From positions 1-19,989 of the forward strand of contig SUPR01000068.1 in the NCBI GenBank assembly GCA_005191425.1: a stretch of 19,989 bases of DNA. The letters run 5' to 3'. The number at the start of each line of letters is the position of its first letter. Positions within the stretch are counted from its first letter, which is position 1. Below the pieces are notes generated by a model that made no database searches, was not told the origin of the DNA, and saw only the letters and a list, made by a program, of their open reading frames with translations. The DNA is from Candidatus Helarchaeota ASGARD archaeon Hel_GB_B. Lineage in GTDB: Archaea > Asgardarchaeota > Lokiarchaeia > Helarchaeales > HEL-GB-B. Position numbers and translations under genes: made by a program. Shown one piece after another: positions 1 through 9,632 of the stretch.

Positions 1-2
1 AG

Positions 3-3000
3 TTCAGTATTTCTTGCCTGGACAATTAAATTAAGACTTAATCCAGACCAATTTTGATAGTATGGTTCACCAGTATATTTTACATAGAATTGTACCAAAT
101 GTCCTGTTGCACTTAACGACCCAAAAACTGTCGTGTTGATAGACAAAATATAATACCCAGGACTAGCCCCTACATAGACATTCCAGTATGAAGGATCTAT
201 ATTAGTACAGTTAATATACACACCAATTTTATCAGTAATTGTCCCTACATCACTTATTGGACTTGAGTAATAAGTATCCCAATATTTTATAGTTATATTC
301 GCTAATTCACCATAAGAAGTAGCAGTTGGTGGGGTCAATATAACTTGTGTATCAATTGGCCTGACCCTCATTATTACATTCATTGACCTGTCTGTATAAT
401 TTGCACTAGATGCATCAACTCGTAATGTGAAATAACCAGAATTTGGAGGAGCATATAATGATGTATTTACAGTTACATTGTATACTCCATTACCGTAATG
501 GAAATAGCTCCAATAAGAACTATTCCAATAAGTTCCAAAGTCTATACAGTACAAAGAAATAGTAGTATCACTTATTACTGACCCATCTAATTTTGTATAA
601 GTAACATTAAATGTAGCATTAACGTTCCAGACCACTTCAATTGGATAGTCAACGCCCATAATAGAAGTTTGGGGTTGAATTCTAAAAGTAATATTCAATT
701 CTTTTGATTGAACTAAGGAGCCAGCAGAGATATTTAAAGTAAGATAATATTTTCCGCCAATAACAAGTCCTAATGCAGTTGATGCATTAATTAAAAATTG
801 ATATCGCCCATCATCGCCGCTATATGCTCCAATTGCCCAGCTTGAAGTGGATTGGTTCCAGCCATAAACAAATAATATATTGGGGTGAGATGCATTTAAC
901 CAATTCCACCTTAATATTACATTACCGGTACTATTTACAATTCCTTCACCACTTTCTGCATCAATATAATTTATTGTAATATTTGTAAGTCCATCAATAA
1001 TTTGAGATGCAGGTGCAAATGGTGATGTAAATTGAGTATAACCACGTCTAATAGTAAATGTAATATTTGAAATAGTGCGGGAATCATAATTTGTTTTATT
1101 AATTTTAACACTTACTTTATAAGTCCCAAATTCATGGAGATTATTTGGCCCCATAAATATCCTCAATTCATACCAGCCGTTCCCTTGATAATTTACAGTA
1201 TAATTTGATGAGTAATAGAATGAACTGGTAATATTTACATCATTGATATCATAAATTGCTGTTACATTTAATTCTGCCCCAGAGATTGGACTACCACCTT
1301 CATCAAGATTGGTATATCTAAAATCAATTCCAAAAGAACCGGGGACATATTTTACACTCCCAGGGGGAATATATTCAAGTAATGATGTAATGTTTCTAAT
1401 ATTAAACGGAACAATAATTGATTTATTATAATATAATGAGTCGGAAATCCAAGAAACATTAATTTGGGCATAATAACCACCAGTAAGTCCCAAGGAAGAG
1501 GTATCAAGTGTAATATTATACCATCCATTACCCATTTGATTTTTCATGCTAAAAATCCAATATATCAGCCCAGAAACTTCATCAGTCAGTCCAACATCTC
1601 TAAATACTTGGAATGATATTGATACATTTCCAGCATATGTAGTAAGCCATGGAATCTGAGGATTAGTATCATTATTTATTCCCACAGAGGCACCAGAGGT
1701 ATTATCTTGATCAGTATATCTGAATTTGAGAGTAAGATTATATAAATAGGGGACAATATCAGGAGTTAAGTAGATTAAATTAGTTTCACGTGTTGCAATA
1801 ATAATATCAATCAAAGTTGAAGAATTATAATAACCATAAGCAGAATATATGGTAACATTCAATTGATGGCGACCTACAGGCCATTTCGATATGTCGCGAG
1901 TATCTATATCCAGTAAATATCCATTACCATCTTGGCTATAAGTTAATTTGACTCCTTGAGTTTCATTTATTGTAATATCGTCGGCATAGATAACGGATGG
2001 AGATAAGATTTGATTGTTATCTAAATCTTTTAAGTAGACATTCAAAGTGGCATTTTTACCCCATTTTATTATTTGTGGGACATCATAAATGACTTGAGTA
2101 TATCTGGGACGTATTTGCACTTCTACATAATAACTTTTAGTAATATAATGAGGCTTAGAAACAGTAATATTGATATAATAAGTCCTAATGCTTGTCCAAG
2201 AAGTATTTATTTCAATCTGGTAATAATAGCCATAAGAGCTTACTAATGGGTTTGATATGCTATAATAATCATTCCCATCATTTGACCAATTTACTTCAAC
2301 ATTGCCTGTTAAATCAATGGTATGGTCCAAATCACGATATGTAATACTTATAGTTTTATTATTACCGCGTGGATGATTAGAAATTATGGATGGATCTACA
2401 ATCAATTCTGTTTTAATTGGAGTAATAATAACTTCAAAATCCATATATCGTGTAGTCCAATTATTTTTTGAGGCTTTAATGGAGAGATAATAATGTTTTT
2501 CACTTAAATCACTTATATTTCCATGGAAAGTAATTTTATATGTATTATTGGAAAATGGACCAGCTAGAGACCAATTTAAACTAGAAGCATGACCACCTTC
2601 TAAGACAGAAATAGAAACTTGAGGACCAGACAAATTTAAATAGGGGCTATTAACAGTATCTTGGTACAAAATTTCAAGTGTAAAACTGTCATTCCAAGGA
2701 ATTGAAACATAAGCAAAGGAATATGTGGGCCTAATTAATTGAGTTGAGCGATTCAATATATATAAAGTAAGATAAATTTCTCTTGACTGGTATCCAGGTG
2801 CACTTACATTAATTCTTAAGTTATATGTACCTGGAATAATTTCATTATTAGCATTAATATCTAATTTATAAAAACCGCCCCCAATACTGTTTAAATCTAA
2901 AATGGTCGATATATCGGGCCACCCAGTTAAATTTACTTTTGCGTTATCAACTCCAATTTCACTCGTAATATTGAAAAAGTATACTTTAACTTCGAATGAT

Positions 3001-3803
3001 TCATTCCAATAAATTTGAGCAGAATAAAGATCGGTAATATTATTATAAGTTAACCAACCCGATCCGCTTGGAGGATGATCTATAGAAGTCCTTACTAAAT
3101 CCAGGTCAGAATCAGAATATACTATTTGAATTCTTACATTAAAAGTTTGAGTTTCAAATTTATACTGATATGGACTTGACTCGACCACATTCATAGTGAT
3201 CCTATACTCGGCATGGTCATGAATTTCAGCAGTATTTATTTCATAATACCAAGTAATCCCGTCAGGTTTAAGTGAAAAATAATCAATTGTCCCATTCAAA
3301 TAGTCAATTTTCACCTCAACATTAGTCCATGGAGATGTCCCATTTTTAATATTAGCTTGTTCAAATTCGTCATAAAATTGAACTGTAATATTATAATCAT
3401 TTATTTCTAATGTTTCAGCATAATAGGTTGTCAGGTTCCATTTTTGTTGAGGAGTAATTACATCTGCAGAGACATCTACAGTCTGATTAATAAAATATGG
3501 CCTTATTATTGAGTCAAAATATTTCTTGAATAAATAACAAGTAACATTTTGTGGTCCGGCTTTTAAGGCAGAGGTGGGTAAGTTAATAGTATAATTTCCT
3601 TTATTCACATTCCTTCCTTCTGTATAACTTGTATAATTGACAAGGACATATGAAGTTGAATTATATTCGATATAAAAATGACCATTAGAAACAGCATTAG
3701 ATAATTGGTCAGACCATCTTGCCTTAAATGGTAAAAAGCTTGGTTGTAAATAGCTATTTCCATAATCAAAAGATTTATCAATATAAATAAATACATTAGT
3801 TTT
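3..3803 (-). repeat. Protein-level tandem repeat array (11 complete units plus the start of a 12th) inside the giant ORF
   Basis: Units share the pattern T-x-hydrophobic ... (W/Y)-x-x-x-x-x-hydrophobic-x-hydrophobic-x-Y-x-D ... (GNG)-x-Y-x-hydrophobic-x-hydrophobic-x-T ... G-x-Y ... hydrophobic-x-hydrophobic-x-(I/V)-x-x-(R/I). Examples: STQLIRP..PWNDSFTLEILYQD, YTQVIYD..KWGKNATLNVYLKD, QMGNGWYNITLDTS, YQGNGWYELRI, HYGNGVYNVTVNTS. The units are diverged at DNA level. Confidence 0.85.
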
Positions 3804-6137
3804 TCTCCAAACTTCGAAATTTATATAATTAAATCCTATTTTTGAAACAGAACTCCCGCTTATACTATTGTTCCACCGTACTATTGACCTATAAGTTCCA
3901 ATTGAATTAGGAGCGACCAGCCAAGTCATATTATAGACACTACTGGTAATTGAAGAATAGAAATCATGTCGAATTTCAATATTAACTTGCGTCTGGTTAA
4001 CATCTTCAATTTGAGCAACAGTACGGCTAGCCATTCCTTGAGTCCAAGGATATGAAGTATTAATGAAAATTTGAGTCCTTGAATTATTATTTGGATAAAA
4101 TTTATTAGAATCAGTCCAAGTCCCGGCTGTTTCAATCTGACTTTTAATATCATATATGTAATTTGGTGCATATAATCTAATTTTCCATAGCCCATCATTA
4201 TTTTCAGTGAAATATTTATAGAATACCATTGTATTATTCTGATTAACATCACTTGGTTTTATAACTAGCATATAATTAGTTTGATTTTTAATTTCATAAT
4301 TTACTGCCGATCCTGGTATCCAAATTCTGTTAGGATCCCAATCATTTGGAACAGTTACATTAAAACTAAATGATGTAAGATTTGCTAATGAAGTTGGGTC
4401 AAAATAAATCCACCATGTTACTCTAGTCATATCTTGGGAAGAAATAGTAAAATTACTTAACGCACTTGCTACTTTTGTTTCATTTAATCTTAAATATGCG
4501 TTAAAAGTAACTGAAAAACTTGAAGATATTGAAAAATCAAATCTATGTTTATTACTATTCCAATTATCATTAATAGTGGCAGTTCCACTCCCATAAGACC
4601 CCGTGATTTGATATGCAGCTGATCCGTGTGAAACATCTAGCACATTCATATTTACATTTGAGTCATCTGGATCTAATTCACAGACCATATTTATCGTAAT
4701 ATTATCAAATCTAATTCCCATTGGATATTTAGAATTAAAATCAAGTCCAGCTGTTGTAACCCCAAGTCTGATCGTAAGATTAGTCGTAGTACCTAATGTA
4801 CTTAAATCGCCTAAAATGTTAATTGGATCAGCTTGTCTCCATGTTGTTTCGATATTAGACAAAAATTGATACGTCCCTTGATAAGATATATAATGTTTTG
4901 AACCCCACTTACCATTGCTCCCAACTTGTGCCCATATATATGAAGATGCCCCGCCGGATATTGTATTATTTCCTCTAAAAGCAAAATTTAGATTACTTGA
5001 AATTATACTGCGACCTTTAAGAGAATTGGAAGTAGTTTGATTCCAAAATGCTTCAGACCCAGTATTTATTTTCTTTTGATAGATAATAGTAAGATTAACA
5101 TAATTAAACCACCCATTCGCATCAATATATCCATTTTGGTCGCCCAACCATGTTGATCTTCCAGCAATTTGTAGTCCACATTCAAAACCAAATGCAAGGG
5201 TCCAACTCGATCCACTTTGTAAAATAGATGTAACATCTTTATTGGAAACAGTTTTACTTTGGGCATTTGGCCATGTATATGAAGTCCCATCAAATTCTAC
5301 GCTATTAATATAAACATGCCCAATTGCAAAACCTGATGGGTTCTGCGGATTTTGACCCCAACTATGGGCAGTATCAAATATCCTATAACTATAACTTAAA
5401 TAAGCTTTAGTGACTATTATATCGGTCGTTGATAAAGTTATTGTTTGATTCCATTTAACAGAGGGACCTTCGGATACTGAATTGCCATCAGGAGCATATA
5501 CATCATGATAAAAGTACGCAACACCCCCGTCTCCATGAGAAGTATCATGGCCAACAGTATCAGGAGTGTCCTCATCAGGATCGCCATATGCACTTGTCCC
5601 GGTATACTGATTCCAGCCGTTGAGATTAGAAGTAAAATCAATGTTTTGATTTGCTTTTGTACTCTCCCATCCTTTAATTATTATCTCTAAACTATCACCC
5701 CCACCACCAGGTGTATTGTCTGCATTAAAATTAAAATCAATATCGCTGGTATCCCCGGATTTAGAATTATACCAATTTAAATGCGTTGTAATCATTGGAT
5801 TATCAACCCATTGACCACTTTCTCTTAAATTTGATATCGAAAGATACGTTTCATATCCGGTCCAAGTCGCTGGCACAGTCCCATATATAGAATCACTAGG
5901 AGTTAAACCATTAAAAGAGCTCGTATTAAGTGCCTGTTCACCTATTTTAATATTTATCCCGGGCCCAGAATACTCTAGATCAGTATACGAATAATCATTA
6001 TTTATCGTAAATGGGTTATTAACTACTTGATAATTATTACCAATAAAATTTAAATTATAACTAATAATAGAAAAGGAAAATTCAATTAAAATAAAAAAAA
6101 AGATCATTAAGTAAAAATTATTTTTTCTTTTAATCAT
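3..6137 (-). CDS. Giant secreted/cell-surface repeat protein, 3'-partial (2045 codons in window, no stop before the edge); N-terminal jelly-roll-like region followed by at least 11 tandem Ig-like beta-sandwich repeats
   Basis: I read the minus-strand frame by hand from ATG (6135-6137) to base 3 and found no stop codon. It starts MIKRKNNFYLMIFFFILIEFSFSIIS (basic residues then a hydrophobic stretch, signal-peptide-like) and has an AAGAGTGA SD-like site upstream. It is N/T/S/Y/I-rich with about 75 N-x-S/T sequons by manual count. Repeats of about 105-135 aa start near 3803. It is absent from the ORF track. Confidence 0.95.
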   Translation of the reverse strand, partial: MIKRKNNFYLMIFFFILIEFSFSIISYNLNFIGNNYQVVNNPFTINNDYSYTDLEYSGPGINIKIGEQALNTSSFNGLTPSDSIYGTVPATWTGYETYLSISNLRESGQWVDNPMITTHLNWYNSKSGDTSDIDFNFNADNTPGGGGDSLEIIIKGWESTKANQNIDFTSNLNGWNQYTGTSAYGDPDEDTPDTVGHDTSHGDGGVAYFYHDVYAPDGNSVSEGPSVKWNQTITLSTTDIIVTKAYLSYSYRIFDTAHSWGQNPQNPSGFAIGHVYINSVEFDGTSYTWPNAQSKTVSNKDVTSILQSGSSWTLAFGFECGLQIAGRSTWLGDQNGYIDANGWFNYVNLTIIYQKKINTGSEAFWNQTTSNSLKGRSIISSNLNFAFRGNNTISGGASSYIWAQVGSNGKWGSKHYISYQGTYQFLSNIETTWRQADPINILGDLSTLGTTTNLTIRLGVTTAGLDFNSKYPMGIRFDNITINMVCELDPDDSNVNMNVLDVSHGSAAYQITGSYGSGTATINDNWNSNKHRFDFSISSSFSVTFNAYLRLNETKVASALSNFTISSQDMTRVTWWIYFDPTSLANLTSFSFNVTVPNDWDPNRIWIPGSAVNYEIKNQTNYMLVIKPSDVNQNNTMVFYKYFTENNDGLWKIRLYAPNYIYDIKSQIETAGTWTDSNKFYPNNNSRTQIFINTSYPWTQGMASRTVAQIEDVNQTQVNIEIRHDFYSSITSSVYNMTWLVAPNSIGTYRSIVRWNNSISGSSVSKIGFNYINFEVWRKTNVFIYIDKSFDYGNSYLQPSFLPFKARWSDQLSNAVSNGHFYIEYNSTSYVLVNYTSYTEGRNVNKGNYTINLPTSALKAGPQNVTCYLFKKYFDSIIRPYFINQTVDVSADVITPQQKWNLTTYYAETLEINDYNITVQFYDEFEQANIKNGTSPWTNVEVKIDYLNGTIDYFSLKPDGITWYYEINTAEIHDHAEYRITMNVVESSPYQYKFETQTFNVRIQIVYSDSDLDLVRTSIDHPPSGSGWLTYNNITDLYSAQIYWNESFEVKVYFFNITSEIGVDNAKVNLTGWPDISTILDLNSIGGGFYKLDINANNEIIPGTYNLRINVSAPGYQSREIYLTLYILNRSTQLIRPTYSFAYVSIPWNDSFTLEILYQDTVNSPYLNLSGPQVSISVLEGGHASSLNWSLAGPFSNNTYKITFHGNISDLSEKHYYLSIKASKNNWTTRYMDFEVIITPIKTELIVDPSIISNHPRGNNKTISITYRDLDHTIDLTGNVEVNWSNDGNDYYSISNPLVSSYGYYYQIEINTSWTSIRTYYINITVSKPHYITKSYYVEVQIRPRYTQVIYDVPQIIKWGKNATLNVYLKDLDNNQILSPSVIYADDITINETQGVKLTYSQDGNGYLLDIDTRDISKWPVGRHQLNVTIYSAYGYYNSSTLIDIIIATRETNLIYLTPDIVPYLYNLTLKFRYTDQDNTSGASVGINNDTNPQIPWLTTYAGNVSISFQVFRDVGLTDEVSGLIYWIFSMKNQMGNGWYNITLDTSSLGLTGGYYAQINVSWISDSLYYNKSIIVPFNIRNITSLLEYIPPGSVKYVPGSFGIDFRYTNLDEGGSPISGAELNVTAIYDINDVNITSSFYYSSNYTVNYQGNGWYELRIFMGPNNLHEFGTYKVSVKINKTNYDSRTISNITFTIRRGYTQFTSPFAPASQIIDGLTNITINYIDAESGEGIVNSTGNVILRWNWLNASHPNILFVYGWNQSTSSWAIGAYSGDDGRYQFLINASTALGLVIGGKYYLTLNISAGSLVQSKELNITFRIQPQTSIMGVDYPIEVVWNVNATFNVTYTKLDGSVISDTTISLYCIDFGTYWNSSYWSYFHYGNGVYNVTVNTSLYAPPNSGYFTLRVDASSANYTDRSMNVIMRVRPIDTQVILTPPTATSYGELANITIKYWDTYYSSPISDVGTITDKIGVYINCTNIDPSYWNVYVGASPGYYILSINTTVFGSLSATGHLVQFYVKYTGEPYYQNWSGLSLNLIVQARNTE

Positions 6138-6142
6138 AAAAT

Positions 6143-6150
6143 TCACTCTT
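6143..6150 (-). promoter_or_regulatory. Shine-Dalgarno-like site (AAGAGTGA) of the giant ORF
   Basis: Lies 5 nt upstream of the ATG at 6137. The identical octamer precedes the ZIP gene. It resembles the GGAGGTGA complement of the archaeal 16S 3' end. Confidence 0.6.
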
Positions 6151-6659
6151 TTTAATTTATTTTCTTATAATTGAAAACAACGACCGATAATTTCAACATT
6201 TATATGAGGAATACCTATGAATATAAATAAGAATTTAAATTGGATTTAAATATATATATTTATTGATGTTGAAATTTTAATTCATAAATATGAGTTTAAA
6301 GTTTAATATTGTTTCTTTTTCATATATTTATTTTTTTATTTACTTATAGATGACATATCTAAATATGCATAAAAGTATATTAGTCGGGAAAAAATTTAGT
6401 TATGTAGCCATTTTTTTATTATGAATTTACTTTAGCAGAATGAATAGGTTAACAGATAGAAAAATTCAATATGAAATTTAAATATAAAAATATCCCATTC
6501 ATAAAAAATGCAATCATTATTTACTGATTTACTTTAATATCATTATCATTAAAATAAATTCATGTCTGAATAAAAAATAGCATACCCGCATAATTAACAT
6601 ATTATTGATAATTTCTCTATATATTAAAAATGATGTTACATAGAGAAAAATCCATTAAA

Positions 6660-7988
6660 TCATAAAAATTCACTGGGTACCAATAAAGGATATGCCCACA
6701 TTGTTATAAATAAAATTATAATTCCAAGTAATAGAAGAATTGAAAAAATAGTTAATTTGATAAAGTATCTTGGCTTATATTTACTCTCAATGACTTGAAT
6801 TACGTCATTATTTACAATCTTTATATTAATATTATTTTTTTTAGTTAAGTATTTGAATATAGCATTTAATTTATTTTTATTTTTATTTCTTTCATCATAA
6901 ATAATCTTGTATAAAATTACTATAAACAAGGGAGAAAAATAAATGAGAGATAACATTGAATATGCAAGATTAATAAAGCATGAACTACTTGAAATAAAAA
7001 TAGAAATAAAAGCTTCACTAAATTTAAACATAACCATAGCATAAATAGTCATAACATACAAATTTAAGCTCCCAATAATACTTCTTATAGTAGGATATAG
7101 GAACTTTTTTTTGCCTGTTATGTCTAAATTAATGCTTCTTTTTATAAAAATATACGAAAAACTCAATGCAATTAAAATGGTTAATAATACAGGGTGCCCT
7201 ATACCAGTTGCATAACTCAATTTGGGGTCTAACAAAAATGAAAAAAATGCCCTGAAAAAGTGATTCCATAAAATATCATCATAAGGTAGTTCCCATGGAA
7301 AAAAGAAATAATCGGTTATAACCACAACTTGGATAAGGATTGCTACTCCGACCACGGATAATTTAATAGTCCCGGATAAGTTTGCTCTCGAAAAAGTATA
7401 AAGAATAATACAACCAATAAAACATACAAAAACATTAAACCCAAAATATTGTACCCAATGTCTTAAATTAATATCAAAACTTTGAAGTTCAAAAATAGTC
7501 ACTCTAATGACAACAGAAATAAAAAATACAAAAATTAAAATAAACCAGCCAAGATATTTAACTATAATCTTTTTATATCCTTTAAATTTATATTCGTAAG
7601 GAAATTTTTCAATTATATCAAACATTCTTTTAAATATATTCTTTTTGGGCTCTTTTTCTATCAATTTTTTCTTGGATAGACTGTCAAATTCAGATTTTTT
7701 AATTAGACCCATTTCTTTTGTAAATAAAAAACGCTCGATAGAAATCATTAGAAGAATATAAAAAACAGTAGCAAAAATAAATAGGAAGATAGTAATTGAG
7801 CTAAATGGGTCAATTAGAAAATTGAACATAAAAAATATTCCAAGAATCATTAATATTATAAAAATTATAAGATTTAAAAATGATAAAATTAAATTTTTCC
7901 TTGCTATTTTTACCTCATTTTCAAGCCTTCTTTTATTATTGTTTGATACCCTAAATTTTTTAGAAGAATCCGGCAAAAAGTATCGCAC
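6660..7988 (-). CDS. Polytopic membrane protein of unknown function (about 9-11 hydrophobic segments)
   Basis: 442-aa ORF with a GTG start. Many 18-25-aa I/L/F/V stretches are separated by K-rich loops. No family motif recognised. Confidence 0.85.
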   Translation of the reverse strand: MRYFLPDSSKKFRVSNNNKRRLENEVKIARKNLILSFLNLIIFIILMILGIFFMFNFLIDPFSSITIFLFIFATVFYILLMISIERFLFTKEMGLIKKSEFDSLSKKKLIEKEPKKNIFKRMFDIIEKFPYEYKFKGYKKIIVKYLGWFILIFVFFISVVIRVTIFELQSFDINLRHWVQYFGFNVFVCFIGCIILYTFSRANLSGTIKLSVVGVAILIQVVVITDYFFFPWELPYDDILWNHFFRAFFSFLLDPKLSYATGIGHPVLLTILIALSFSYIFIKRSINLDITGKKKFLYPTIRSIIGSLNLYVMTIYAMVMFKFSEAFISIFISSSSCFINLAYSMLSLIYFSPLFIVILYKIIYDERNKNKNKLNAIFKYLTKKNNINIKIVNNDVIQVIESKYKPRYFIKLTIFSILLLLGIIILFITMWAYPLLVPSEFL

Positions 7989-8047
7989 CTATACTTAAAT
8001 TCGAAATTAAATTTACATATATCTTAATTCTTAAAAAAATATTAGGT

Positions 8048-9610
8048 TTAAATGATTTTTCCTTTTCTATGTTTTAATTTTGTGTTTTTTGACTTTTTTT
8101 TATGATAAATTGCTTTTCTATAATAATTAATTGAAATCGTAAGGTTAATAATTAAAATAATTAGTCCAATAATCATAAAAATGATAATATAAATAATTAG
8201 TTGGTCTGAGATTTGTGGGAAACTGTTTGGGTCTAGAGGATTTGTCCCGATTGAGACTTCCAGTCCGTCAGAGTATCCATCACCATCAGTATCACTATTA
8301 TTTACATTTGTTTTATAAATATATTCCAAATAATTAGTTAGCCCATCATTGTCGATGTCCTGAAGAGCGTCTAACTTATTAGTAGGGGCAAGTCCATTTA
8401 AAACTTCCCAACCATCAGGCATTCTATCAGAATCAGTATCAGAGTTGTTCGGTAATGTATTATATATATATATTTCATCCCAATCATTTAGCCCATCAAA
8501 ATCAGTATCAAGTTTTAATGGATCCGAATGATAAATATGAATTTCATCTCCGTCAGATAGGTTATCGTTATCGGTGTCATTATTGCAAGGATTTGTTTGG
8601 TAAAAGATTTCCTCTCCATCTAATAAATTATCATTATCTGTGTCCGGGTCGGAAGGATCAGTAAAATATATTTCAATTTCTTCATAATCAGAAAGATTAT
8701 CATGGTCACTATCTAAATCATTTATTTTATTATTATGATAGATATTATACTCACTTGCCTCTTCATAAATTCCTCTATAGTTATCAATGATCCAATTATT
8801 ACTAATTGTATTATTATAGGCTAAATTTAAATGAACCCCATATTCGGTGTTATTATTGATAGTACTATTCAAAATTTGATTATAAAAAGAGAATAATATA
8901 ATATTTATACCAGATTTATTGTTTAAATTTATAGTGCTGTTAAAAATAACTGAGTAATTGGATTGGACAATTTCTATACCATAATAATCATTCAATTTAA
9001 TAGTATTATTAAAAAAATTATTTTTAATAGAAGATTCGACTTTTATTCCGCTTCTAAAATTATTAGAAATGAAATTATTTGAAAAATTGTTATTATTTGA
9101 ATTAGAAATTATCTTAATCCCATAATATTTATTTGAAAAAAAATTGTTTGCATAGATTTCTGAATGTGTTAATTGAAATCCATATAATCCGCTATTGCTA
9201 AATAGAACAGTATTATTATAAATTATTGCATTTGTAACATTTGAGAGAGACAAGCCATAAGTCCCATTATATAAGGTACAATTTCTAAGAATAAAATATT
9301 TATTGGTATTTCTAATTCGAATACAGAATCCATTATTACCGTTAATAGTTTTGTTTTCAATAACAAATGGTGAAATTTTAGTCCCATTTCCATAATCTGC
9401 TACCATTTCAAGCTGGGAATTGTTATCTACATCAATAAATGATTTTTTAAAAATAATAAATTTTTTATCAAAACTACTTTTAATAATTCCACTTTTTCTG
9501 ACCAATGAAAAATTAACATAAAAAATGTAAATTGATGATAATAAACATAAAAAAATGAAAAAGACCCTTAAATTCTTTATTTTCAATAGTTTAAGATTCA
9601 TTTTTTTCAT
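8048..9610 (-). CDS. Membrane-anchored secreted protein: right-handed parallel beta-helix (NosD/PbH1-like) + 7 TSP3-like Ca-binding repeats + C-terminal TM helix and basic tail
   Basis: N-terminal hydrophobic segment (VFFIFLCLLSSIYIFYVNF) is followed by GNGTKISPFVIEN, then Asn-ladder repeats (GI.I.S.NN.I.NN.I..N). DxDxDxLxDxxE repeats come next, then LIIYIIIFMIIGLIILIINLTISI and KKKSKNTKLKHRKGK. ATG 9610 is preferred over the track's TTG 9649, which overlaps cooC. Confidence 0.85.
   Translation of the reverse strand: MKKMNLKLLKIKNLRVFFIFLCLLSSIYIFYVNFSLVRKSGIIKSSFDKKFIIFKKSFIDVDNNSQLEMVADYGNGTKISPFVIENKTINGNNGFCIRIRNTNKYFILRNCTLYNGTYGLSLSNVTNAIIYNNTVLFSNSGLYGFQLTHSEIYANNFFSNKYYGIKIISNSNNNNFSNNFISNNFRSGIKVESSIKNNFFNNTIKLNDYYGIEIVQSNYSVIFNSTINLNNKSGINIILFSFYNQILNSTINNNTEYGVHLNLAYNNTISNNWIIDNYRGIYEEASEYNIYHNNKINDLDSDHDNLSDYEEIEIYFTDPSDPDTDNDNLLDGEEIFYQTNPCNNDTDNDNLSDGDEIHIYHSDPLKLDTDFDGLNDWDEIYIYNTLPNNSDTDSDRMPDGWEVLNGLAPTNKLDALQDIDNDGLTNYLEYIYKTNVNNSDTDGDGYSDGLEVSIGTNPLDPNSFPQISDQLIIYIIIFMIIGLIILIINLTISINYYRKAIYHKKKSKNTKLKHRKGKII
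8222..8713 (-). repeat. Seven coding DxDxD(G/N)-type calcium-binding repeats (bacterial TSP3-like)
   Basis: DSDHDNLSDYEE, DTDNDNLLDGEE, DTDNDNLSDGDE, DTDFDGLNDWDE, DTDSDRMPDGWE, DIDNDGLTNYLE, DTDGDGYSDGLE; most are followed by (T/S)(D/N)P. Confidence 0.85.
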
Positions 9611-9632
9611 ATTAATTAACTTTTTATAATAT

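Noticed and set aside
3605-5690. Track ORFs 3605..3796, 3926..4252, 5066..5293, 5438..5641 (minus) and 5505..5690 (plus)
   Set aside because: All lie in alternative frames within the 2045-codon giant ORF and have no recognisable motifs; they are shadow ORFs.
8222-8713. Periodic atcagtatc/gtcatcatt-like DNA repeats as a possible CRISPR array
   Set aside because: They are degenerate, in frame, and fully explained by the DTDxD protein repeats. There is no repeat-spacer structure and no cas gene.
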